Source: Faecousia sp. (lineage in GTDB: Bacteria > Bacillota > Clostridia > Oscillospirales > Oscillospiraceae). Taken from it: DNA of 64,000 nucleotides. This document shows positions 20,192-30,483 of the stretch, piece by piece. Both the position numbers and the translations under genes were made by a program. Numbering within the stretch: the stretch's first letter is position 1; each line of letters begins with the position of its first letter. The stretch spans positions 15,480-79,479 of the forward strand of contig JAZSGS010000013.1 in assembly GCA_045532855.1 (NCBI GenBank). The letters are read 5' to 3'. Under the pieces are notes generated by a model. The model was not told the DNA's origin. It searched no databases and worked only from the letters and a program-made list of their open reading frames with translations.

Positions 20192-21667
20192 TTATTTCAG
20201 TAAATTCAATAATTTGTTATAAGCATCTTCCCAAGCCTGGGTGTGGTTCGGCGTCCAGGTTTCAACGGACTCGGAATTGCGCACCACCTGCCGCAGCTGG
20301 GCAAGATCGGCAATGTCGCCCAGCGCCATCGCCTGGGTTAGCAGGTTGCCGATGGCAGCGCCCTCCACGGGACCGGTGATCACATTCCGGTCAAGGGAAT
20401 CGGCGATCAGCTGGTTCAGGAAGCGGTTGTTGATGGGTCCGCCCACAATGTTCAGCGAGTCGATCCGCTGACCCTTCATCTTTTCCAGGCCCTCCAGCGC
20501 GTGGCGGTACTTCAGAGCCAGAGATTCGTATACGCACCGGGCAACCTGTCCCACGGTTTCGGGAACGGGCTGGTTGGTAGCGCGGCAGAAGTCCTGGATC
20601 TTCTTTTCCATATTGCCGCCGGCGTAGAACTCGGGGGAGTCGGGGTTGATAATGGAGCGCAGAGGCTCAGCAGCCTTGGCTTGGTTCACAACCTCGTCCC
20701 AGCTGATGTCCATACCGCTCTTGAGCCAGTCGCGGCGGCATTCCTGGATGATCCACATACCGATGATGGTGTTCAAGGGACGGAAACCGCCCTGAATCGT
20801 ACCTTCATTGGAGAAATGGGCGGCTGCAGCCTCGGGAGAAAGATCCGGCTTGTCCATTTCTGCGCCGAACAGCGACCAGGTACCGGAGGAGCAGAATGCA
20901 AAACTGCCCGTACCGGGAATGGCGGCAACGGCAGATGCGGTATCGTGGCTGCCGACAGCTACAAATGCGGCGGCGTTCAAACCCAATTCCTCGCAAAGCT
21001 CGGGACGGAGATAGCCGCGAATGGTGCCGGTTTTGTCGATTTTTGTAAAGATATGCTCCGGCAGTCCCAGCTGTCTGATGGTTTCCCAATCCCAATCCTT
21101 GGTGGTGGGGTTGTATAGTTGGGTAGTGGTGGCGATGGTGTACTCCGTACCCTTGGCTCCGGTGAGGAAATAGCCCAGCAGGTCAGGTGTCAGCAGCATA
21201 GTATCTGCGATCTCCAGCGCCGGATCATTTTCTCTTTTTCTGCGGTAGAGCTGATAAAGCGTATTAAAAGTCAAGGTGGTGTCAATGCCGCTGCGCGCAT
21301 ACAGCTTGTCAGCGGGAATGACAGCCTTAACAGCGTCAATATCCTCCTGAGTTCCCAATCGGTAAGAACGGGGGACGCCGGCAAGCTGGCCGTTTTTGTC
21401 CAACAGACCGTAGTCTACGCCCCAGGTGTCGATACCGAAGGAATCCAGCTCACCGTAGCCGCCCTGCTTGAATTTCAGCAGGCCCTGCTTCAGCTGGTTG
21501 TACAGATAGGGGGTGTCCCAGTAGTAGACGCCGTTCATTTCTATGTAGTTATTTTCAAAGCGGTGCAATTCGCGCATGGTGATCTTCTCGCCGTCGAATT
21601 GACCTAAGATGGCGCGGCCGTTGCTGGCGCCCAGATCAAAGGCGATCATATTACGAACTTTTGCCAT
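20192..21667 (-). CDS. Rhamnulokinase/fuculokinase family (ketose-1-kinase)
   Basis: DLGASNGR, GIDTWGVDY, GSHDTASA, SSGTWSL, NIVGG, GPVEG. Confidence 0.9.
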   Translation of the reverse strand: MAKVRNMIAFDLGASNGRAILGQFDGEKITMRELHRFENNYIEMNGVYYWDTPYLYNQLKQGLLKFKQGGYGELDSFGIDTWGVDYGLLDKNGQLAGVPRSYRLGTQEDIDAVKAVIPADKLYARSGIDTTLTFNTLYQLYRRKRENDPALEIADTMLLTPDLLGYFLTGAKGTEYTIATTTQLYNPTTKDWDWETIRQLGLPEHIFTKIDKTGTIRGYLRPELCEELGLNAAAFVAVGSHDTASAVAAIPGTGSFAFCSSGTWSLFGAEMDKPDLSPEAAAAHFSNEGTIQGGFRPLNTIIGMWIIQECRRDWLKSGMDISWDEVVNQAKAAEPLRSIINPDSPEFYAGGNMEKKIQDFCRATNQPVPETVGQVARCVYESLALKYRHALEGLEKMKGQRIDSLNIVGGPINNRFLNQLIADSLDRNVITGPVEGAAIGNLLTQAMALGDIADLAQLRQVVRNSESVETWTPNHTQAWEDAYNKLLNLLK

Positions 21668-21736
21668 TGCGTTACCTCCTGTATCACTGCTCAGCGCTGA
21701 AGACGGAATGTCATCTGCAGCGATCAACTTTGATAC

Positions 21737-21845
21737 CCTCGGCCCCTTCTCTGAGGGGGCTGTCGCGGTGCAAACCGCGACTGGGGGAGTTAACTCCCTC
21801 CGTCCTCACGTTCGTTCGGACACCTCCCTCAAAGAGGGAGGCAAG
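21737..21845 (-). repeat. Repeat family A, copy 3
   Basis: CCTCGGCCCCTTCTCTGAGGGGGCTGTC...CACCTCCCTCAAAGAGGGAGGCAAG. Confidence 0.9.
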
Positions 21846-21997
21846 TGGGTGCTTTGTTCCACCCAACATTATATCACATCTATCTGTAAAAGGGAATGAA
21901 AAAATGCGAAATTTTCCATATTTTTATTAAGAAAACCGGCACCACCGAAGTGGTGCCGGTCGGTGTTAATTAACCGTTAATTCGATTCACTTACAGA

Positions 21998-23071
21998 TTA
22001 GTCGTATACCAGCAGAGCGATGTCTTCGTTGTCGATGTTGGAAGCATCATACCACTGAGCGCCGGTATCCTTGTCGGCAACGGTTTCGCCCTTAGCAGCC
22101 TGAACAGCCATCTCAACAGCGTAGTAACCGATGTGGTAGGGATCCTGAGTGACGGAGCCGTAGAACCAGCCGTTGCGAACAGCAGCCTTCTGAGCAGCAC
22201 CGGCGTCGAAGCCAGCAACTACCAGGTCAGCGTACTTGCCGCCGTCTGCCAGGTCCTCACCGTCGCTGGTAGCAGCCAGGAAGCCGGTAACAGTGCCTTC
22301 GTTGGAGCAGAACAGAGCAGCCAGATCCTTCTTAGCCAGCAGAGTGTTAGCAGCGTTCTGAACGTCGCCAGCCTCAGTGGTAGCAGAGATAGCAACCTCG
22401 ATGATGATGGAAGCAGCAGAAGCCTTGCCGTCCTTCCACTTGTCGTGGCCGATAACAGCAACAGTGCCGTACTCGGAAGCGATTTCCTTCATCTTGTTAA
22501 CGAAGCCGGTGGTACGGCCGGTAACAGAAGCGGAAACTGCGTCCTGAGACAGAACAGCGATACGAACGGGGTTCTCAGTGGTAGCAGCCTTCATAGCAGC
22601 AACCAGGCCCTCGTGCTCACCGAACTTGGTGGCAGCGATAGCAGCAGCGTTCTCGTTGTTGGTGGAAGCGGTAGCCTTAACAGCGCCGGAGGTGTCGCCG
22701 GGAACACCGGAGTCGAAGCCGATGATGGGGATGTTCTTATCAGCGCACTCAGCCAGGATATCACCGACAGCCTCGGTGTCCAGTGCAGCCAGAGCCATAG
22801 CCTTGGGGTTCTTAGCCAGCTCCTTGTTGATCATATCAACCTGGGACTGGATCTCGGTTTCGGAAGCGGGGCCGTCAAAGTAGATCTCGACGCCGTACTC
22901 AGCAGCAGCGTCCTGTGCACCCTTGGCAACAGCCTGCCAGAACTGATGCTGGAAGCCCTTAGCCATAACGGGAATGTACAGCTTGCCGTCGTCTGTTTTG
23001 CTGGTGTTGCCACAAGCGACCATAGCGGTAACCATAACAAGGACCAAAAGTAATGCGATAAGTTTCTTCAT
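21998..23071 (-). CDS. Sugar ABC transporter substrate-binding lipoprotein (RbsB-type)
   Basis: Lipobox MVAC, KGFQHQFW, IGFDS, GFDAG, TQDPY. Confidence 0.92.
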   Translation of the reverse strand: MKKLIALLLVLVMVTAMVACGNTSKTDDGKLYIPVMAKGFQHQFWQAVAKGAQDAAAEYGVEIYFDGPASETEIQSQVDMINKELAKNPKAMALAALDTEAVGDILAECADKNIPIIGFDSGVPGDTSGAVKATASTNNENAAAIAATKFGEHEGLVAAMKAATTENPVRIAVLSQDAVSASVTGRTTGFVNKMKEIASEYGTVAVIGHDKWKDGKASAASIIIEVAISATTEAGDVQNAANTLLAKKDLAALFCSNEGTVTGFLAATSDGEDLADGGKYADLVVAGFDAGAAQKAAVRNGWFYGSVTQDPYHIGYYAVEMAVQAAKGETVADKDTGAQWYDASNIDNEDIALLVYD

Positions 23072-23127
23072 TGAGTTTTCCTCCTTAATATTTATTCTAA
23101 GCGCACATTGTGCGCGCTTATACGGGG

Positions 23128-24138
23128 TTAAGATTTCTTGACCTTAGATGCGGCCTTAGTCCGGTAGATATCCAGCAGAACAGCGCCGATAACGACCAGA
23201 CCGGTGAAGAAGGTCTGCCACTGCGCCTGCAGGCCACAGGCAGACAGGCCGGTCTTCAGAGTGGACATAATGAAAACGCCGATCAGAGAGCCGACCATAG
23301 TACCGGAGCCGCCGGCCATAGATGTGCCGCCGATGATAACACCGGTAATGCCGTGCATTTCCTGGCCCTGACCAACACCGGGGGTGATGGTGGAGTAAAC
23401 AGCGGCATAGAACAGAGCGGCCATACCTACGAAGAAGCCGGACAGCGTGTAGGCTGCGATCTTCCAGTTGTCAACATTGATACCGGACAGGCGGGCAGCT
23501 TCCTCGTTGGAGCCAATGGCGTAGAAATAACGTCCCAGCTTGGTTTTGTGCAGGATCACTGCGGCGATGACGAAGAATACCAGCAGCCACACAGCGCCAA
23601 TGGGCAGGAAGTCAAACAGCTTGGTGCGGACAAAGATCTTCTTGAACCAACCGCCGGTAGGATCGGTAACCGGGGGCCAGGTCTGCGCCTGAACCTTGGT
23701 CAGGATGGAGCCAAGACCTGCAGACATCATCTGCGTACCCAGGGTAGCGATGAAAGGAGGCAGCTTCAGCTTGGCGATGAGGATGCCGTTGATGAGACCG
23801 AAAGCAGTAGCGGTGAAAACCGTTACCAGAAGGCTGACATACATAGGCAGGTGCAGAGCCTTGAAGCAGTAGCCGCCCAGCAGTGCAGAGCACATCATAA
23901 CGGTACCCAAAGACAAGTCGATGCCGCCGGTGATAATGATAAAGGTAACACCGAAAGCCATAAAGCCGATATAGTAGGAAGCCTGCAGAATGTTTTCTGC
24001 GGTATCCCAGGTGAAGAAGTTTTCACCGATGACAGAGAAAAGAATATACAGGATTACCAGCGCCATAGGTGCCAGCAGCTTCTGCATATCCAGTTTTTTA
24101 GCACCCAAACGGGCACCGTTGGTTGTTGAGTTTCTCAT
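23128..24138 (-). CDS. Sugar ABC transporter permease (RbsC-type)
   Basis: GGIDLS, PPFIATLG, AIGSNEEAARLSG, GGTS. Confidence 0.93.
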   Translation of the reverse strand: MRNSTTNGARLGAKKLDMQKLLAPMALVILYILFSVIGENFFTWDTAENILQASYYIGFMAFGVTFIIITGGIDLSLGTVMMCSALLGGYCFKALHLPMYVSLLVTVFTATAFGLINGILIAKLKLPPFIATLGTQMMSAGLGSILTKVQAQTWPPVTDPTGGWFKKIFVRTKLFDFLPIGAVWLLVFFVIAAVILHKTKLGRYFYAIGSNEEAARLSGINVDNWKIAAYTLSGFFVGMAALFYAAVYSTITPGVGQGQEMHGITGVIIGGTSMAGGSGTMVGSLIGVFIMSTLKTGLSACGLQAQWQTFFTGLVVIGAVLLDIYRTKAASKVKKS

Positions 24139-24154
24139 AATTAAATTCCCCCAC

Positions 24155-25645
24155 TTATCTATTGGTTGCATAAGTCATAATTTTTTCCTGCGTAGCCTCG
24201 GAAATGTCCAGCTCGCCGGTCTTGCGACCTTCGCACATAACGACGATACGGTCGGACATACGCAGCAGCTCGGGCATATCAGAGGAGATCATAATAATAG
24301 ATTTGCCTTCGGAAGCAAGCTGATTCATCAGCTTGTAGATCTCGCTCTTGGCGCCCACATCGATGCCGCGAGTAGGCTCGTCAAAGATCAGGATGTCGCA
24401 ATCCCGCAGCAGCCACTTGGAAATAACCACCTTCTGCTGATTGCCGCCGGAAAGACTGCCAACCCGGGTTTTGGTAGAAGGCGTCTTGGTCTTGATCTTG
24501 TCGATGTATTCCTCGGAATGCTTGTCAGCGGCGTGGTCGTTGACGAACGGGCCCTTGAACAGGGTGCTCAGGCTGGGCATTACGGTATTATCGGTAATGC
24601 TCAGGTTCAGGCACAGACCAAAACGCTTCCGGTCCTCACTGAGGTAGCCGATACCGTACTTGACTGCGTCCTGGGGGGTTCTGATCTTGACGGGCTTGCC
24701 GTTGAGCTTGATCACGCCGGAGGTCATCCGGTCAGCGCCGCACAGCAACCGCATAGTTTCGGTACGGCCGGCACCCATCAGGCCGGAGAAACCCAAAATC
24801 TCACCCTTCTTCAAATTGAAGGAAACATCCTTAACATCAAGGGAGTTCAGATGCTCACATTCGAGAATTACGGGAGCGTCGGCAGGAACAGCAGACTCCG
24901 TCTTGGGATCTTCGTAAATGGTACGACCGACCATCATACGCACGACCTCGGGGATCTCGGTCTCAGCTGTTTCCAGAACGCCAACATATTGACCGTCACG
25001 CATAACGGTTATGCGGTCGGTAATGCGCTTAAGCTCATCCATTCTGTGGGAGATATAGATGATACCAACGCCGGTGGCCTTCAGCTGCTCGACAAACTGG
25101 AACAGATCGTCGATCTCTGTGTCTGTCAGAACCGCGGAGGGCTCGTCCAGGATCAGCAGCTTGGTATTATTGTAGGAAAGCGCTTTTGCGATTTCCACCA
25201 TCTGCTGCTTCGCCACAGAAAGTGTACGAACAACTGCCTTGGGATCGATAGACAGGTGGAGCTTATCCAAAAGTTCCTGAGTTCGTTTGTTCTGATCTGC
25301 CTGCTTCAAAAACAGACCGCAGGAAGATTCGCGTCCAATAAAAATATTGTCCGCAACGGTCAGGTGCTGCATCAGGTTCAATTCCTGGTGAACGATGCAA
25401 ATACCTCTGCTTTGCGCATCCTTAGGACCGTTGAGCTCGATCTGTTCGCCGAAGTACTCAATGGTGCCGCCGTCCTTGGGGTAGATACCGGTTAGGATCT
25501 TCATCAGTGTGGATTTACCGGCACCGTTCTCGCCAACCAGCGCCATAACTTCGCCGGCACGTACTTCAAGCTGTGCGTTGTTCAGCGCGTGAACGCCGGG
25601 GAAGTATTTTTCGATGCCTTGCATCTTTAAAATTGTTTCGCCCAT
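24155..25645 (-). CDS. Sugar ABC transporter ATP-binding protein (RbsA-type)
   Basis: GENGAGKST, tandem NBDs, LSGGNQQK, DEPTRGIDVGAK. Confidence 0.95.
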   Translation of the reverse strand: MGETILKMQGIEKYFPGVHALNNAQLEVRAGEVMALVGENGAGKSTLMKILTGIYPKDGGTIEYFGEQIELNGPKDAQSRGICIVHQELNLMQHLTVADNIFIGRESSCGLFLKQADQNKRTQELLDKLHLSIDPKAVVRTLSVAKQQMVEIAKALSYNNTKLLILDEPSAVLTDTEIDDLFQFVEQLKATGVGIIYISHRMDELKRITDRITVMRDGQYVGVLETAETEIPEVVRMMVGRTIYEDPKTESAVPADAPVILECEHLNSLDVKDVSFNLKKGEILGFSGLMGAGRTETMRLLCGADRMTSGVIKLNGKPVKIRTPQDAVKYGIGYLSEDRKRFGLCLNLSITDNTVMPSLSTLFKGPFVNDHAADKHSEEYIDKIKTKTPSTKTRVGSLSGGNQQKVVISKWLLRDCDILIFDEPTRGIDVGAKSEIYKLMNQLASEGKSIIMISSDMPELLRMSDRIVVMCEGRKTGELDISEATQEKIMTYATNR

Positions 25646-25748
25646 TCAAAAATCACCTTTCTGTAAGTTGTTTTTGCTGCGCTGCCGCCATAGGGGAGCG
25701 CATAGGATAAAGGTAAGATTTTTCCCTTCGCGAAACATTTAACAAAAA

Positions 25749-25760
25749 CGAAACGATTCG
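25749..25760. promoter_or_regulatory. Putative LacI-family operator 1
   Basis: CGAAACGATTCG, near-palindrome with central CG; repeated in inverted form at 25979-25990. Confidence 0.65.
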
Positions 25761-25912
25761 TTTGTGCGGGGTGTACAAAGGGGGAAAAATATCACCAAAT
25801 TAGACATGACTTTTTTGTGAAAGATAACATCAACCTATGAAAATGTTCATGACCTTTTCTATAATATAATAAACTTTACTAAAAAAATCAAGAACTTTTT
25901 TCAAAATTTGTA

Positions 25913-25941
25913 TTGACAGCACAAATTTGTTTTTATATTAT
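25913..25941 (+). promoter_or_regulatory. Sigma-A promoter for the lacI-family gene
   Basis: TTGACA-17 bp-TATTAT. Confidence 0.6.
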
Positions 25942-25978
25942 ATAAATAGTAAACGGGACAGGATTTCGCGAAAAAGCG

Positions 25979-25990
25979 CGAATCGTTTCG
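25979..25990. promoter_or_regulatory. Putative LacI-family operator 2
   Basis: CGAATCGTTTCG, exact reverse complement of operator 1. Confidence 0.65.
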
Positions 25991-26014
25991 CTTTTTTACC
26001 GGAAGGAGCACCCT

Positions 26015-26995
26015 ATGGCCACCATTAAGGACGTTGCCCGTATGGCGGGCGTGTCGATTTCCACCATTTCTAAATATATGAACGGCGGAAATGTACGGCC
26101 GGAGAACGCCCAGGCCATTAAAGATGCCATTTCGGCATTGGATTACCGTACAAATCCTTTCGCCCGGAATCTGAAGATCCAGCGCAGCCGCTCTATTGGC
26201 ATTTTGCTACCGGATATGACAGCCCCCTTCTACGGAACGGTGGTTATGTCCCTGGACAAGACTTTGCGGGAGCACGGCTACCATACTTTGATCTCCGTTT
26301 ACGGCTCTTATTACGGCCTGGAGCGGGACAACCTCCGCTTCCTCATCACCAACGGCATCGACGGGCTGGTTTACATCCCGGAGGATATTACCGGCGAGGA
26401 GTTTTACGAGCTGACCGCCAGTATCGGTATTCCCACTGTGCAGGTGGATCGGGTCATTTCCGGTGTGGAAGCCGATGCGGTGCTGGTGGATAACAGTGAT
26501 GCTGTGTATCAGGCAGTTTCCCGACTCGTTGAAAAGGGGCACAGCAGGATCGCGATCATCACCGGACCGAAATCCGTCTTTACTGCCAAGGAGCGTCTTG
26601 GCGGATACCTTCGGGCGCTGTCGGACCACGGTATTCTGTTTGATGATGAATTGGTCATCAGCGATCAGAATACATTTGCTACCGGCTATCGGGGCTGCGA
26701 AATGCTGCTGGGCTTGGCAGAGCCTCCTACAGCGGTGGTTACTACCAACTATGATATTACCATCGGGCTGGTTACGGCCGTCCGGGAACGGGGCATTCGT
26801 ATTCCCGAGGATGTGGACATATTCGGCTTTGACTGCGTGGAGATCTGTACTATGATGAAGCCGCCGCTGCCGGTGGTGCATCAGCCGGAGATCGAGATCG
26901 GTCAGACCGCCGCCAATTATTTGATCGAGCGGCTGAGCGGCTATGACGGTCCGCCCCGGACAACAAGGCTCAAATGCCGTCTTGCGCCGGAGTAA
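26015..26995 (+). CDS. LacI family transcriptional regulator
   Basis: ATIKDVARMAGVSISTIS HTH; IPEDVDIFGFD. Confidence 0.95.
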   Translation: MATIKDVARMAGVSISTISKYMNGGNVRPENAQAIKDAISALDYRTNPFARNLKIQRSRSIGILLPDMTAPFYGTVVMSLDKTLREHGYHTLISVYGSYYGLERDNLRFLITNGIDGLVYIPEDITGEEFYELTASIGIPTVQVDRVISGVEADAVLVDNSDAVYQAVSRLVEKGHSRIAIITGPKSVFTAKERLGGYLRALSDHGILFDDELVISDQNTFATGYRGCEMLLGLAEPPTAVVTTNYDITIGLVTAVRERGIRIPEDVDIFGFDCVEICTMMKPPLPVVHQPEIEIGQTAANYLIERLSGYDGPPRTTRLKCRLAPE

Positions 26996-27083
26996 TATAT
27001 TTATATTGTATAAAGACGCCTTGCGTTTTTTATAAAAAGTAAATTTGCCGCGGTTTTCGTGGCTAGAATCAGGAGGAAATATT

Positions 27084-28892
27084 ATGGCAAAGAACAGATA
27101 CATCGGCGAATATCCCGTAATCGGTATTCGTCCCACCATCGACGGCCGCCGTGGACCGCTGAAGGTCCGTGAATCTCTGGAAGACCAGACTATGGCTATG
27201 GCTCAGGCCGCTAAGAAGCTGTTTGAGGAGAATATTCAGTATTCCAACGGTGATCCCGTCAAGGTCATCATCGCTGACACCACCATCGGCCGTGTTGCCG
27301 AGGCTGCCGCTTGCGCAGAAAAGTTTAAGAAGAACGGCGTTGACATCACCCTGACCGTTACTCCCTGCTGGTGCTACGGCTCTGAAACGATGGATATGGA
27401 TCCGCAGACCATCAAGGGCGTTTGGGGCTTCAACGGTACGGAGCGTCCCGGCGCTGTTTACCTGGCTTCCGTTCTGGCAAGCCACGCACAGAAGGGCCTG
27501 CCTGCATTCGGTATCTACGGCCACGATGTTCAGAATCTGGACGAGGTTACCAACATTCCTGCTGATGTGCAGGAGAAGCTGCTGCGCTTCGGCCGCGCTG
27601 CAGTGGCTGTGGCTTCTATGCGGGGTAAGAGCTATCTGCAGATCGGCTCTATCTGTATGGGTATCGGCGGCTCCATCATCGACTCCGCTTTCATCGAGAG
27701 CTATCTGGGTATGCGCGTTGAGTCCGTTGACGAGGTGGAGATCATCCGTCGAATGACCGAAGGCGTTTATGACGCTGAGGAAGTTGCAAGAGCAAAGGCC
27801 TGGATCGCTGAGAACTGTAAGGAAGGCTGGGACAAGAACCCCGACTTCGTTAAGACCTCCGACGAGAAGAAGGCTGAGCAGTGGGACTTCCTGGCAAAGA
27901 TGTACTGCATCATCAAGGATATGTTCAACGGCAATCCCAACCTGCCTGCAGGCTGTGAGGAAGAGATGGTTGGTCATAACGCCATCGCCGGCGGCTTCCA
28001 GGGCCAGCGTCAGTGGACCGACTTCTATCCCAACTGCGACTTCCCCGAGGCTCTGCTGAACTCCAGCTTTGACCACAACGGCGCCCGTGAGCCCTACATC
28101 CTGGCCACCGAGAACGACGTTCTGAACGGTCTGGGTATGCTGTTTATGAAGCTTCTGACCAACCGGGCTCAGATGTTCTCCGATGTCCGTACCTATTGGT
28201 CTCCCGAGGCTTGCCAGCGTGCTTCCGGCTACAAGGTCGAAGGCAAGGCTCTGGAAAACGGCGGCTTCATTCACCTGATCAACTCCGGCGCTACCGCTCT
28301 GGATGCCTGCGGCGAATGCAAGGACGAGAACGGCAACGGCATTATGAAGAAGTGGTGGGAGGTTACCGACGAGGACATCAAGAAGATGTGCGACGCTACC
28401 ACCTGGCCTGCAGCGGATAACGGCTACTTCCGTGGCGGCGGATTCTCCTCCTCCTTCACTACCCGTGCCGAGATGCCCGCTACTATGATCCGTCTGAATC
28501 TGGTTAAGGGCCTGGGCCCCGTGCTGCAGATCGCAGAAGGCTGGACTGTACAGCTGCCCGATGATGTAACCAAGACGCTGATGATGCGCACCGATCCCAC
28601 CTGGCCCTGCACCTGGTTTGCGCCTCGCTGCGACGGCAAGGAGGGCTCTCCCTTCAAGACCGCTTACGATGTGATGAACAACTGGGGTGCTAACCACGGC
28701 GCTATCTCCTATGGCCACATCGGCGCGGATCTGATCACCATGTGCTCTATGCTCCGTATTCCCGTCTGTATGCACAATGTTCCCGAGGAGGATATCTTCC
28801 GTCCTGCTGCCTGGAATGCATTTGGTATGGACAAGGAAGGCGCAGACTACCGCGCTTGCGCTGCCTACGGTCCTATGTACAAGGCTTACTAA
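27084..28892 (+). CDS. fucI: L-fucose/D-arabinose isomerase
   Basis: [52 protein letters not shown]. Confidence 0.96.
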   Translation: MAKNRYIGEYPVIGIRPTIDGRRGPLKVRESLEDQTMAMAQAAKKLFEENIQYSNGDPVKVIIADTTIGRVAEAAACAEKFKKNGVDITLTVTPCWCYGSETMDMDPQTIKGVWGFNGTERPGAVYLASVLASHAQKGLPAFGIYGHDVQNLDEVTNIPADVQEKLLRFGRAAVAVASMRGKSYLQIGSICMGIGGSIIDSAFIESYLGMRVESVDEVEIIRRMTEGVYDAEEVARAKAWIAENCKEGWDKNPDFVKTSDEKKAEQWDFLAKMYCIIKDMFNGNPNLPAGCEEEMVGHNAIAGGFQGQRQWTDFYPNCDFPEALLNSSFDHNGAREPYILATENDVLNGLGMLFMKLLTNRAQMFSDVRTYWSPEACQRASGYKVEGKALENGGFIHLINSGATALDACGECKDENGNGIMKKWWEVTDEDIKKMCDATTWPAADNGYFRGGGFSSSFTTRAEMPATMIRLNLVKGLGPVLQIAEGWTVQLPDDVTKTLMMRTDPTWPCTWFAPRCDGKEGSPFKTAYDVMNNWGANHGAISYGHIGADLITMCSMLRIPVCMHNVPEEDIFRPAAWNAFGMDKEGADYRACAAYGPMYKAY

Positions 28893-28906
28893 TTCGCAAT
28901 AATCAA

Positions 28907-28938
28907 AAAAAGTGGCGGTCCAAAAGACCGCCACTTTT
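28907..28938. terminator. Hairpin after fucI
   Basis: AAAAGTGGCGGTC-CAAAA-GACCGCCACTTTT. Confidence 0.7.
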
Positions 28939-28963
28939 CAAAAACCGACCTGGAGGTAAAATT

Positions 28964-29410
28964 ATGCTGAAAAATATTCCTTCCATTCTTTCTCCCGAGC
29001 TGCTGAAGGTTCTTTGCGAAATGGGACACAGCGACCGCATCTGCATCGGCGATGGCAATTTCCCCGGCGCCTCTATGGCAAAGGCGAAGAACGCCATCTT
29101 CCTGCGGGCGGACGGCCACGGTGTACCGGAGCTGCTGGATGCCATTTTGCAGGTGTTCCCGCTGGATACTTATGTGGAGCAGCCCGCCATTTTGATGGAA
29201 AAGATGGACTGCGACAAGGATCTGGTGATCCCCGTTTGGGACGAGTACAAGTCTATCATCGCCAAGTACGATGACCGGGGTGCAGCAGCTGTAGGCAATA
29301 TCGACCGCTTCAAGTTCTATGACGAGGCTAAGGATTGCTACTGCATCCTGCAGACCGGTGAAACTGCCATTTACGCCAATATTATCCTGCAAAAGGGTGT
29401 TATTAAGTAA
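28964..29410 (+). CDS. fucU: RbsD/FucU family mutarotase
   Basis: MLKNIP..LSPELL..L.EMGHSD....DGNFP, TGE...YANIILQKG. Confidence 0.88.
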   Translation: MLKNIPSILSPELLKVLCEMGHSDRICIGDGNFPGASMAKAKNAIFLRADGHGVPELLDAILQVFPLDTYVEQPAILMEKMDCDKDLVIPVWDEYKSIIAKYDDRGAAAVGNIDRFKFYDEAKDCYCILQTGETAIYANIILQKGVIK

Positions 29411-30336
29411 TGGATAAAGTGATTTCTATTATCCAGACGGCGTTGCCGGTTTTCCTGACATTGGCGTTGGGTATGCTGTGCCGTAGCCGGAATTTTCTTA
29501 CTCGCAGCGGCGTGGACACCTTAAAAAAGGTGGTCATCAACATCACCCTGCCTGCGGTGCTGCTGAACGCCTTTGCTACAGCCGAGTATTCTATGGCGGC
29601 GCTGATTTTGCCGGCGGTGATGTTTGGGCTGTGCTGTGTGGCGTTGGTGCTGGGCAAGCTGATCATTCGCCTGAGTGGTATGAAAAGCCGGCTTGCGCCT
29701 TTCCTTGCCACCGGCTTCGAGGCGGGAATGTTGGGCTATGCCCTGTTTAGCCTGCTGTTTCCCGGCGAAAGCCTTTCTGCCTTTGCCCTGCCGGATATTG
29801 GACAGACCTTGTTTGTCTTTACCCTGTTCAAGATCCTGATTTCCGGCAAGACGGATCTGAAGGCCATTGGCAAGGATATGGTTACCACCCCCATTTTGTG
29901 GGCGGTGTTTGCCGGCGTGCTGATCGGCGCGACCGGATTGTATGGCAAGCTGCAGGATTGGGGCGTTGCGGGAGTTTTGAATTCCGCTACGGATTTTGTG
30001 TCCGCCCCCACCGGAATGATCATTTTACTGACCGTTGGCTACGATCTGGTGATTCGGGAAATTCCCTGGCGCAAGACCGCAGGACTTATGGTTATGCGAT
30101 TGGTGGTTGCGGCGATCCTGTTTGGCATCGTAGCGCTGCTGAACCGGACGGTGCTTGCCGGAATGTTCTTTGAAGGCGCGGCGATTTTGATGTTTATTTT
30201 GCCGCCGCCCTATGTGATCCCCGTCTTTGCCGACGAACCGGAGGAGCGGGTGCAGATCTCTGCCGCCCTGTCTGCTATGACACTGATGACGGTCATTCTC
30301 TTCGCCGTGCTGACGGTAATTGTAGGAATGAGATAA
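29410..30336 (+). CDS. AEC (auxin efflux carrier)-family transporter
   Basis: Multiple TM segments; LPVFL..ALG, NITLPA, two-repeat architecture. Confidence 0.7.
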   Translation: MDKVISIIQTALPVFLTLALGMLCRSRNFLTRSGVDTLKKVVINITLPAVLLNAFATAEYSMAALILPAVMFGLCCVALVLGKLIIRLSGMKSRLAPFLATGFEAGMLGYALFSLLFPGESLSAFALPDIGQTLFVFTLFKILISGKTDLKAIGKDMVTTPILWAVFAGVLIGATGLYGKLQDWGVAGVLNSATDFVSAPTGMIILLTVGYDLVIREIPWRKTAGLMVMRLVVAAILFGIVALLNRTVLAGMFFEGAAILMFILPPPYVIPVFADEPEERVQISAALSAMTLMTVILFAVLTVIVGMR

Positions 30337-30339
30337 AGT

Positions 30340-30369
30340 AAAACCCGATGGATTTTCCATCGGGTTTTT
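30340..30369. terminator. Bidirectional terminator
   Basis: AAAACCCGATGG-ATTTT-CCATCGGGTTTTT. Confidence 0.75.
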
Positions 30370-30381
30370 ATTTGTAAGAAT

Positions 30382-30478
30382 TGTCATTCCGACCAAGCGT
30401 GTTTCACGCGCGCGGAGGAATCCTCGCAGCGGAAAGATCCTTCGACTTCGGGCGTTCCGCCCTTCGCTCAGGATGACA
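30382..30478. repeat. Repeat family B, copy 2
   Basis: TGTCATTCCGAC...GAGGAATCC...GATCCTTCGACT...CGCTCAGGATGACA. Confidence 0.85.
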
Positions 30479-30483
30479 TATGT

